Assembly: GCF_009914755.1 (NCBI RefSeq)
Contig: NC_060931.1
Source of the DNA: the human T2T-CHM13v2.0 reference genome, Homo sapiens
Reading direction: 5' to 3' (one strand)
DNA: 64,000 bases
The number at the start of each line of letters is the position of its first letter. The stretch's first letter is position 1. Both the position numbers and the translations under genes were made by a program. The notes beneath the pieces were generated by a model. The model saw only the letters and a program-made list of their open reading frames with translations, did no database searches and was not told the DNA's origin. Positions 51,956 to 64,000 of the stretch are shown here, in pieces.

Positions 51956-53954
51956 TTGTGTCACCTCTTTAGCAAGAATTCCCATTACTATTTTTGTAAG
52001 GGTCGCTAAGGCTCAGAACAGTTAAATAAATTGGCATGACAGAAATACAGATATGTAATATATATATTGTATATATTATTATTATTATGGTTTCTAAATC
52101 TTATCCCCCATATATTTATTATTTTTGTTAAGACACTGTTAATTTTTAATAACTTTTTAAGTTATGTATCTTTCTTCATATGATTTTGATAGAGCTTTAA
52201 ATATATTTACGTTTATACCTAAAACTCTCACAATGGGCTAAGTTGCTGGCTCATTTGTTAAGTTGATGATTATGCTTTACAAATGAATGCTTTTAAAAAA
52301 CAGCAAACATTTTGTCTGTGTATAAACCTGTGTTGCATTTTTAGAAATGGAAAATCATTTTTCATCAGAACATCTATTATCAGATTTATTTATTTGAAGG
52401 AAAAAAAACTCTTATGAAAGAATCCCCATGTTCCTGCTCCTGTGGTGCTTATCAACGTTCAAGGATCATTGAAACTAACACTATTATTTTCCCTTCAACA
52501 ATTGAAATGATTGCTGTGTTTTTGCATGGGAGTAGAAATGTTTTTCTTTGTTAAAAATCTATAAATATTACCATACTTCCAGTCTGTGGACAGTCATATG
52601 TAATTATATATTCTTAATATAATTTCCTAGTAATCCCAAATCTCAGTAGGGATGGTATTCTGTTTATATTTGTTGCAACATCTCCCTCCACTTAATACAA
52701 ATGACTGCCTTGTGTGTCTTTATTGTTTTGAAATCCATGTATCTGTCATCAGAAAAATAGCCTAGGATGGAGCCAAATGAACATAAATTTGTCAACATTT
52801 TGAAACTTGAGCTGCAGATCTCTATTTCAAAGGGCAATGTGGTAAAGTACTTCCAGAATTTTAGCTACCAAGGTGAGGACATCCCATAAACTTCTGCAAT
52901 CACCTATTTTTATATGTAAATGCTTTCAGAGAAACACAAATATCTAAAATGAGCAAATGCTTTTATCCTCCCAGTATAAAACATTGCTTATAATTGCTTC
53001 CTGACATGATAATTATGCAGTATATTATTTTCATTAAGATTTGTATTTTTTTATTAAGATTTATATTTCTGCCTGCAAAGCTAGCTACAAATTTTAAATT
53101 TTGCACACCAACATCATGGGTGTCATCATGCCAGAAAAGAAAACGAATCTTTAGGGAATAAAATTAGATATTTGTAGATAAGATCACAGTCCATAACCTC
53201 AAACCAGGTAGGCACACAATTCTTTCATCTTTCTCTCTATTTAGATATACTTTGCATCAATGATGCATGTAATATTCTTGAATTTAACCAATTTTTGCAC
53301 AAAAGATTAATTTAGCACTTCCTTATGTGTGTTTTTGGTAATAGCCTTAGAAGAAAAATGTTTGTCACAAAGCAATTTCCAATTTAAAGCATCAAAAAAA
53401 AAAATTCAAGAACACTTAAATAAGCCTTTTCTCAACATAAATAGAGGAACTACATTTAATGACTGTGAGACAGACAGCAAATAAACTCTCTTCTAATTCT
53501 GAAGATTAATATTGTAGTAAATTCTGTGGAGTTGCATGAAGACTGCTGTATATTAAGCTAAAAAATTATCAGCCCTAAAGCTCCATAAGTATTTTGTGAT
53601 TAGTTAAAAATTATTGGACCCTGGAACTGCTGATACTAATGAAACTTACCAGATTCCTATTTATACTTAGCAAAATGTACAATTTCATTATTAGGATAAA
53701 AGACCAATCAAGAAAAAAATATCTTCTTGAACTTCAAATAATTTAATTGATATATAGGAAGGAGAAATTAAGGGATTCTATTTTCTTTCAAAGTACATTT
53801 GTATCTTACTTTAGGGCAAAGTTGTATTAAAATCAAACCCCAGGACTTCCAAAAAAGTTACTTAAAATATGTGGCAAATGTTCCAGCCATGGAAATATTG
53901 CTTCAAAGTACAATTAATAATCAGGATTAGAACACCTTGCCTTTGTGTTGGGAA

Positions 53955-54150
53955 ATGGATTAGTGCATGGGTTCTGAGCCAGACTGCCTGGTTTCTAACT
54001 TCCCTTGATTTGTTCCCTTTAGTAAATTGCTAAACCTCTGTCTGTCTTCAATCCCCTTATCAATAAAATGAAGGTGGTACTTCATAGGGTTGCTTTGAGG
54101 ATAAAACAAGTTAATTTAGAAAGTGCTGTATAAGTGTTTGCTATGGTGAA
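53955..54150 (+). mobile_element. MIR
   Basis: GTGCATGGGTTCTGAGCCAGACTGCCTGG..AACCTCTG..TAAAATG..CTTCATAGGGTTGCTTTGAGGATAAAA. Confidence 0.75.
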
Positions 54151-55543
54151 GATGATGATCATTATTAATTTGGTATTTGGAATTGATTATTTCATAAGGG
54201 CAGGGGCATATCTTTTTTTTTATTTTGTTTCCCCTCGCAATTCTTAGAATAAATATTCAATAATTTTGGCTGAAAGAATGATCAGTCTTTAACCTCTGGT
54301 CGCCCTATCATTTACTAGCACCCCCAGCACTTGCAAAGGGTAAACAAACAGGAGTAGAGTGAAAAATAAAATGTTAATGTTAGGACATAGTTATGATTTC
54401 AAACTGATCTAGGAGGAAGTTTGCAAAAACAAGTACATTTATCTTTAAATGTACCCATACTATGCCTATTCCTTCTACATAAAGATATTTCTGAGGTGAC
54501 CACATCATATCTTCCAGTTGTCATCTTCCTCGGCACAGTGTAACCAAAGACTACAAATAACTGAATGCTCTGGTTTCAGACTTCCTTGATTAATGACAAG
54601 AAAAGCAAAATACCTTCCACTGGAGTATTACTAACAATACAATTTCTAATGGTTAATCATTGCCTCTGAAAATTATCTAATTATTTCCTGATTGCGTCTC
54701 CTTACTTACATAAAGTAAAACTTAATATCCCAAATTATTTGTCTTATTTTGGAGGATTTTATATTGGTACAAGTCAACATTAAGAACTCAGAAGAAAGGA
54801 AGTTTTAGCCTTCTGCCTATTTACAAGCCTGCCTGTGCCTGCCCCACCAAAATTCCCAGAAAACATGCAAAATGTTCCTGAATCACCAAAGAGAAACCAT
54901 TAATTGTTTAAAAAACAAAACTGACTTTGGATCAATAAATACAAAATACTGTCATAAAGAAAACTTTCTTTATGTTTTCCAACCTAGTAAGTGTTACTTA
55001 AAAAAAGCCTGAGTCAGAGAATAGTAAAGAAAGTAAACAATATTTTTAGCTTAAATTACCTTTCCAGTAAAACACAGTATAATATTTCTCTAAGATGCTT
55101 TTGTAAAGTCTGTTTATAAACTGAGATTCTAAGATAGAAGATAGTTAAGGTTGATTTGTAATTGGCTGGCAGCTTGCACAAGACCACAACAGTGACAGGT
55201 TGATGGAGCTGTAATAGGGACAGGGGATCTTTCGGACACAGATTGATTTTTATTTGACAAATGCTAATGATGCTCAAAACAAAACAAAACAAAACAAAAA
55301 AACACTGAAGCACTCCAAGCAGTGTTAGGTAGCGCATTAAGGATATTCAGAGAAGTGTCCGTGTCCCTTTTTGTGTAAATATTTATTTTTATTGATTTTC
55401 CTCTTCTTAACATTGTGTAAATAACTTCTGTTTGAACATAATTTTGGAATATCTGCACAATAGAAAGAAATTAGATGTTTGCAAATAGACAGTTGAGCCC
55501 TAGGGATATTTGGGGTTCTCCCTTTTTTAAAATATTTGTATTT

Positions 55544-55751
55544 CACAGAGTGAAATAACAGACCCTGGAGACTCCTGAAAGTGGGATGATGGGAGGCGGG
55601 TGAAGGATGAAATATTACCTATTGGAGACAATGTTCACTGTTCAGGCGACTGGGAAAGCTACAACCCAGATTTTACCACTGTGCATTATATCCACGTAAT
55701 ACAACTGCACTTTTACCTCCTACATCTATAAAAAGTTAAAAAAAAAAAAAA
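55544..55751 (+). mobile_element. L1PB-type 3' end with poly(A)
   Basis: CAGAGTGAAATAACAGACCCTGGAGACTC..GGATGAAATATTACCTATTGG..CCCAGATTTTACCACT..TATATCCACGTAA..A-tail. Confidence 0.85.
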
Positions 55752-57844
55752 CAGCTTGTGATCCTCTGTAAGAAAGCATGCTTACACTTGCCTTGATAGC
55801 TGCATATGTATTGAACCTATGTAGTATGAACCAATAAAAAAAGAAATGTTTTAATAACAAAAAAGTGTATTTCAGATAATCTTCGTGTAATTTTTGCATT
55901 TTTCTGTTTCTCTCTCAATGGCAATTAATTTTTCCTAAATCTCATCATATCCTCTTCTATACCCAGGTATAAATAACATATTACCTTTCTTATTAAAGAT
56001 GCTTCTCAGGTGAAGGACTCAACTACTCCATTATTTAGTATAGTTTTATTTCTATAATGATTCTCTCACAGTGTCACCTTCATCTTCAGATTTCTTAAAA
56101 GTCCAGTCATCAGGCAGTATTTTTCTCACAAACATAACACCACCAGCCCTATTCTTAAAGCTAAGGGTGACCTTTCCTTTTCTGTCCAATATCCAAAGCG
56201 GTATAAACAGTTGGTGTTTCTTAAATATGTCTTGTGTTAATAATGTTATAAATGCTTGAAAAATAAAAGTACCACTGTGATACTAACAGTTCCGCAACTT
56301 TGTCTATATGAGGAGTCCCTGCACGCTGCTCAAGTCTCCGCTGTCTTACCATTTCTGTGACTATAATGGCTCCTGGTAGCCCTCAGCTTCCCACAACTAC
56401 ACCCCTACGAGCTTCACTGAAACAGATCGTGTAAGTACTTCTTCACAGCTGCACACATTCTGATACCTATATGGTTGGTGTACAGACTACATGTCCCCAG
56501 ACATCTGTTCCTAGTTCAGCCTTTACTATATTTAGCCTTTATTTGTGACTTATCCATTGATCTAATTTTAAAGTTTTGAATTGTAGAGAGAAGCCAAAAT
56601 ATGAATTAAAGAGAGAAAAAGATAGAAAAATATTATGAAGTCTAATAAATGAATTAAAACCAAAATCCAAAAATTGTTATGGAGGGAATCTTGGCTCCAA
56701 TTTGATGCCCTCAAGTTTTAGGCTCTGTGCCTTCCACATAGCAATGATTCAATAAGGGTTCGTGAAAGGAACAGAGGGAGAGAAGGACAAGGCAGAAACC
56801 TTGCTTTCCCTAGAATCTGTTACTGCATTGAGGATATCTTACCTTTCCATGCTTCTCACGCTCTATTCTAGAAAAACGTGAAGAGGAAACAATATAAGTT
56901 TAGATTTTTATTTTACATAAAGCATCAAAGCAAGAAATTACTCCTTAGGGCCCCTCTGCATGTTTAACATATGTCTTCTCTTTAAAAACCGCATAACTCT
57001 TTCTTAATGAAGCATCTTCCACAATATACATTACCTAAACATCTGGCTAAGTAAAACCAATTATACTATTAAAAATAAACCAGGATTTGCCAACAATATG
57101 ATCCAGTAGTGTAGTCTTCCTCAAAGTCAGATATTTGTACTCTAAACACAATTGTGTGGAATCCTGATTGGATTTTTCAACTAGAATACTTTTTCTTCTT
57201 TCTTTTCTATAATATCATTTAATCTCTACTTTCAAAACCTGATTAGAATGGTAAAACTAGGAATAGTGACAGACAGTGTAACAACAGTAAGCAGACATGC
57301 CTAGCTTGCTAACTGGGATTTTTCCAGCTTTATTTTCCTGGCTAATTCCTTTATTAGCATTGTGTATCTGATTTGCTTTCATGTGCGTAGCAGCTGGTTA
57401 AATGAAAAGAACGATTGCCTTGATCCTTGCCATGTAAGTTCAGTCAGAAGCCTAGGATGGAGCTAGTGCTTGCCTTTTCCCATCCTAACTATGAATGCTT
57501 TTTTTTTTTTTCAAGTAAATTAAAATACAGCCCATTGATTATTTAAAAATTGTGCAAAGGCCATCTGTTCAAAAAATATTTTCCTACATTAATGTGAAAG
57601 AAGTGAATGTGTAGGTACATAGGTTGTAGTATTGGACTGCAGAGTGAGTTCAAAGGCAATGCATTCTATATTTTCACTATTTACAAAAACAATGCAGAGG
57701 TGTATGGTTTCTACACAGATTATTTTTTATGGTTTATTACTTATAAAAATGCCTTATGCGTATGTCAGGCAATACATTGCCTTACTTATTGTGACATTTG
57801 ATGATTTATCACCATTTAATAGTTTGAGAAAGTGTGAACATAAT

Positions 57845-58143
<299 letters not shown>

Positions 58144-59882
58144 GAGTGTGAACATAATCTATATAACCAGTTTAATAAAATAGTTTGAAATGGAATCTAA
58201 GGAGGGAGATTAACAATTCCAAACACACACATATGCACACCCACAAACATGAGATATTTTTCTTTTTAAAAATGCTGTTATTCTCTTGATTTGTAAACTA
58301 TTTACATGTTTAACATAAAACACTCTTTGATTTTGATAAAATATATTTGTTAGACCATAAAAATCCTTTTTAGATTATGTGACCTTCAAAATAAAGTGTT
58401 GAATCTGGAATTTTATGGTATTTTCCCAATTACAATTCTCGAAATTCTACCTTTAAAAATTCCGCTAAAACAGCAAGATTTGAGTATTTTCATCTTCCAT
58501 AGCAGTTAAAGTTGCACATAGGAGCAAAATAAGTACTTTATGTCAGTAATTTTAGAATGCTTTACTTTTTTCTTTTTTGTGTTTTATATTATACATTACC
58601 ACAGACATTAACAATCAGATTTCAGATGCGATTGTAAAATACATATTCAAAATAGCAGCAAGTATTGTTCCCAATGCTCAGGTTGGACTAAAATGTTGAA
58701 AGTCTCTATCAGAGATATGGAAAGAAACAAATTTCCAAGTTTAGCCCATCCGAAGTTTCTATAGCACTGCAGACTGAAATGAGGCCTAGCCCTGAAACAA
58801 GTGTTTCCCAACTTGCATTTTCCCCCGTTAAGCTTACTTGAAGACTCCTAATCTCTATGCACTAAAGTGGGCTGCTCCTCCTAGTAGTCCAGAACATTTA
58901 ACATTTTTCATAACAAGTGAAGGAAAAGGGTTTGGGAAATAGATCTTCAGTTGGCAATTGGAAGGATATTTCATTCATTAAGAAGTTGTTTAGTGCTATC
59001 AATATGACAGTTTGGTAAATGCAAGAAACCTAAAAGGGTGAATGTCTTTATCAGAAAAAGAGACATTTGCATACCAGATATAGTCACAAAGTACTAACTT
59101 TAATAAGTAGTCAAGCAAGATACCAGACATTGATCAAAGCACCAATTCTATAATAGCCCACTTTAATAAATTACAGTTGAGAAGTTATTCTCAAATTAAA
59201 AGAAGAAAATTTAGAATCCTGTGACAAATCCTGTCTTCACTTTTCTGTATACCATTCATTAAATAACTTAAAATTAGGTATTAAAAATACATGTACATCA
59301 TTTTAACAAGTAAGTCTCTGCACTTTTGTCCCTGTGCTAGTATTAGACACTTAAAAGAAGACTAAGTTAATGATCCTTTTAGACTGAGGAAAAAATAGAA
59401 CTAATTTGAATGAATCCTAGAAAACGTTAAGGTTTAAGATCCTTGACTTTTTCTTGTTCTTTCACTAAATAGGTAAAGGATACAATTTTATTTTTCTACA
59501 GTAGAATCTAATCTAAAATGTGGCAAAATGACATTGTTGACAGTTGTTTATAATCCAGTTAAATGTATTTTGGGTGTATATTGACCATGGTAGCTTGAAC
59601 TCAACCACTGTAAAGTGTCTTTGACCATGCAATGAACAGAAATATTTGTCAGCAGCCAAGCCTTGGATATCATATGTGAAAGATGATTTAAAATTCCAAT
59701 GGCAATACTTGACAAGGCACAAATGAAAGCAAAAATAAAGGTAAATATGTCCAATAATGCCATTGGTTACAATATCTGCTAAAGCATACATGGATTTAAA
59801 AGGAGAGAATCTTAACATTTAATAAGAGGCTATTCTACACAATATCAAAAAACTAAAATAAATTAATCATAAACTTCTAGAC

Positions 59883-60056
59883 TGGTGGTTCTCAAACTTA
59901 GCTTCACTTCAAAATCATCTGGAGCATTAAAAAAAAATACCAGTGTCTGAATCTTACTCTCAGGGATTGTTTTTGTTAGACTGAGGTGCAGCCTGGGCGT
60001 TGGAATTTTTATAGCTTCCAGGTAATTCTAATGTGCACCAAGGTTAAAACTCACCA
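59883..60056. mobile_element. MER5A1-like MITE (hAT)
   Basis: TGGTGGTTCTCAAACTT...GGTAATTCTAATGTGCACCAAGGTTAAAACTCACCA; 8-bp TSD-like TTCTAGAC / TTCTAGGT. Confidence 0.8.
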
Positions 60057-60353
60057 TTCTAGGTTTTTTTTCTCTCTCTCTGCCTACTCCCCTTTCTCTT
60101 TCTTCAAATCACTTTTGCAACATCAACAAAACAAATAGCTGTTGTTTGATCTTTGGGCAATCTATGTATGATGGTTTTCAGCTATTTTTACAGCTATTTT
60201 TTTCTATGTAAACAATGTAAAAAATACAGCTTTTTTGAATTATTTTAAAATTTCTTACTTATAAATAAATATGATCCTTAATGTGAGGACAATTCCATTC
60301 TTTACACTTACAAAGACATATAATTAAAAAAATAAACAACGACTCTTATAGTG

Positions 60354-60938
60354 TGTATTAGAGTTCTCTAGAGGGACAAAACTGATAAGATAGATATTCG
60401 TATCTAATAGTATCTAATAGATAGATATTAGTATATAATAGTATATATGAAAGGGTGTTTATTAAGGAGTATTGACTCACATGATCACAAAGTGAGGTTC
60501 CACAATAGGCCGTCTGCAAGCTGAGGATCAAGGAAGCCAGTCAAGTCCCAAAACCTCAAAAGTAGGGAAGCCAACAGTGCAGCCTTCAGTCTATGGTCAA
60601 AAGCCTAAGAGCCCCTGGCAAACCACTGGTGTAAGTCCTAGAGCCCAAAAACTGAATAACTTGTCCAGTGTTCGAGGGCAGGAAGCATCCAGCACGGGAG
60701 AAAGATGGAGACCAGAAGACTCAGCCAGTCTAATCCTTCCACGTTCCTATGCTTGCTTTTATCCGAGCCACACTGGCAGCTGATTAGCTGTTCCCACCCA
60801 GATTGAGGGTGGGTCTGCCTCTCCAAGTCCACTGACTCAAATGTTAATTTCCTTTGGGAACACCCTCCCAGACATACCCAGAAACAAACTTTGTATCCTT
60901 CAATCCAATCAAGTTGACAGTCAGTATTAACTATAGCG
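60354..60938 (-). mobile_element. MLT2A (HERV-L) solo LTR
   Basis: TGTATTAG.GTTCTCTAGAGGGACA..CACAATAGGCCGTCTGCAAGCTGAGG..GAGGGCAGGAAGCATCCAGCACGGGAGAAAGATG..CAATCCAATCAAGTTGACA..TATTAAC. Confidence 0.9.
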
Positions 60939-61249
60939 TAAATTCTCCTTACAAAATAATTCCAGCCACCCAAAATTTGTACACCTGGCTATATGATGCT
61001 CAGAAACAGCTTACTTAAGTAGCTTACTTAAGTTTTGGGTGCTTAAATCAAACGAATACGTTCTTATTTAGCCCTGAATGTCTGGCTATGTTTGGTTTGA
61101 CCAGAAGTAAGCTGGTGACTCTGGTATCATTATATGGATAAGAACACTCTTCACATGCCCTTGCAAGAATTTTCCAATTCTGTCCCTCAGCTTTCTCATA
61201 TCTAAAATAAATGAGTTTAGCAATGTCTAAGGTTCTTAAAAATTCTCAG

Positions 61250-62000
61250 GATGTACACTTTATTTTTTCACATTCGCAATTTTTTCCTTTGTATATGCAT
61301 ACAAAGGTATACATTGCTGTGTTACAAAACTAAGCTCATGATGTAGACAAAGTTGTATATCCTGATTCTCTCACAACTCTATGCCATTGCTGGTTTTGAG
61401 TGTTATGCATATTGTGGATATAGAAAAAATTACCCCCCAAAAGTCAATAATCATGCTATCTCACTACAACCATTTTGATATAGTCTTCTTCAGCAATTTT
61501 TCAGTTAGATTTTATGCATGCACACACACATACACACCCACACAATATTTGAAAAATAATTTTGTAGTAGCAAAGATGAAAAATTTTTGAATGAATTAAT
61601 AAATATTACAAATACTACTAACACCAGCAATTAAATATTTAGTAGAATTTCTTATTTAATGTTATAACAAAAATATTTTACAGTGCCATACAATTATAAA
61701 CCATATTTGAAATGCTACATAATTTTCCATTTTACAAATGATTAGCTCTTGCCCTACTGCTAAACATTTAGGTTGATTCCATTGTTTTAATTTTGTAAAT
61801 AATGTTATGTAGAACGACTATATATTTGCCTTTGATTATCTCTAATTATTTCCATGAGCTCACAGAGCATGAAAATTTTTTAAAGTATTTTTATTCATAT
61901 TGCCAAACAAGTACAAATTTAAACTTCCTCTAACAGAATGTTAAAAATCTCACACTAACCAAAATTGAGTACTATTTTTTTTTTCAGTTGTATGAGTGAA
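61250..62000 (-). mobile_element. Decayed L1ME-type fragments
   Basis: AACATTTAGGTTGATTCCA..TTGTAAATAATG..CATATTGCCAAA. Confidence 0.45.
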
Positions 62001-62218
62001 TGAAGGATTTACTTCTAAATCTGTTTTCTTCATTCTTCCAAGAAACTGTATCCTCTATCCTTAGGCCAATATCTGAAGGTGAGAAGAATCCACAGATGAT
62101 TACAGACTGATAAAGACTGATGTGCTTATTGCTTACTGTTTTACTCTTTTAAGTAAAGTGAAAATATGAAGATATACAAAAATGTAATAATGATTTCTTA
62201 AATAAATAATAATGGAGA

Positions 62219-62550
<332 letters not shown>

Positions 62551-62934
62551 TTAAGAAAAAGCTAAATGAAAAATCTGAGAAGAAAGAAAAAATAATAATA
62601 TTACTGGCAATATGAATTAAAAGCTTCAAAAGTTTTCATACTTTGAACTCATGGAAATAGAGGTGATTAATTATTGCAGAAAATTATTTTCATTTTTTAA
62701 AATTTACTTAAGTTTTATTCATAACTTGCTATGAATGTACTGATTGTGGAAGATATCTTTCCTGGAACACACATCATTTCTACAATTCTATAAGGGACTT
62801 TCTCATACCTCCAAAGATAAGAATGAAGATCTGCCTGCCTACCATATCAGCCTGTGTAAGAGAAACTAAGTTAACTCTGCCTCCCTGGACTCAAACGACA
62901 ACAACAACCGCAAACAAACCAACACCAAACCGTA

Positions 62935-63237
<303 letters not shown>

Positions 63238-63272
63238 AAAACCTTGGTATTTTTAAGAAAAAATACATTTTT

Positions 63273-63657
63273 GGCCAGGCATGGCAGTTCACACCTGTAA
63301 TCCTAGCACTTTGGGAAGCTGAGGCAGGAGGATCTCTTGAGTCCAGGAGTTCAAGACAAGCCTGAGCAACATGGCAAAACGAAGAAGGAGAAGAAGGAGA
63401 AGAAGAAGAAGAAGAACAAGAAGGAGAAGGAGAAGGAGAAGGAGAGGAAGAGGAAGAGGAAGAAGAAAAGAAGGAAGAAGGAAGAAAAATTAGCCTGATG
63501 CAGTAGCATGTACCTGTAGTCACAGCTACTTAGGAGGCTAAGGTAGGAGGATCAATTGAGCCTGGGAGGTCAAGGCTGCTGTGAGCCATGATCAAGCCAC
63601 TGTGCTCCATCCTGGGTAATGTAGCAAGACCCTGTTTCAAGAAAAAAATAATAATAA
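63273..63657 (+). mobile_element. AluJ with expanded purine microsatellite in its linker
   Basis: Left arm to 63380, purine tract, then right arm with GTCAAGGCTGCTGTGAGCCATGATC. Confidence 0.92.
63381..63489 (+). repeat. (GAA)/(GGA)-rich polypurine tract
   Basis: 109 nt, purines except one C at 63417. Confidence 0.95.
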
Positions 63658-63884
63658 TATATTTTAGTTAAGATTGTATTCATTCAAAAAAATCCTTTTC
63701 CAGAGCAAAGAAACCCCAACTTAAAATTTAACTCATTTTATACTGCCTTTAAAGTGCTAATCTAGCACATTAAAACCTATCACTTCTGGTTGCCCCATGA
63801 GTTCATGAGTCTACCATTAGCCAATTAATCACATTCTGTCCTCAACAAAGTAATAAGATATGTCACTTAAGAAATAAAGTTTGT

Positions 63885-64000
63885 CCAGCCTAGCGAACAT
63901 GGTGAAATCCTTTGTCTACTAAAAATACAAAAATTAGCCAGGCGCAGTGGTTCACACCTGTAATCTCAGCACTTTGGGGACCAAGGTGGGAAGATCACGA
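63885..64000 (+). mobile_element. Alu fragments (end of a left arm, linker, start of another left arm), cut by window edge
   Basis: CCAGCCTAGCGAACATGGTGAAA..CTACTAAAAATACAAAAATTAGCCAGGCGCAGTGGTTCACACCTGTAATCTCAGCACTTTGGG. Confidence 0.85.

Overview
AT-rich, CpG-depleted primate genomic DNA (AluY present, so catarrhine/human-like) that looks intergenic or deep intronic. I see no confidently assignable protein-coding gene, RNA gene, CpG island or CRISPR array. Content: about 13 Alu/FLAM copies (J, S and Y ages), MIR, L2 and L1 fragments, solo LTRs (MLT1, MER31, MLT2A), DNA transposons (MER1B, MER5A-type, a near full-length Tigger1) and microsatellites. Best-supported highlights: (1) a 5'-truncated ZNF513 processed pseudogene inserted in the Tigger1; (2) an 80-bp TSD-flanked insert in the same Tigger1 resembling an orphan 3' transduction; (3) an AluJ whose TSDs enclose extra non-Alu 3' sequence; (4) an inverted duplication around a CA/TG microsatellite; (5) an L1 fragment with a twin-priming-type inversion; (6) a ~109-nt GAA/GGA tract in an Alu linker. 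A speculative three-exon, 192-codon minus-strand ORF (27060->24538) is flagged at low confidence. Repeat family and subfamily calls come from recalled consensus sequences, not a search, and old-repeat boundaries are approximate. I did not find a demonstrably new biological system.
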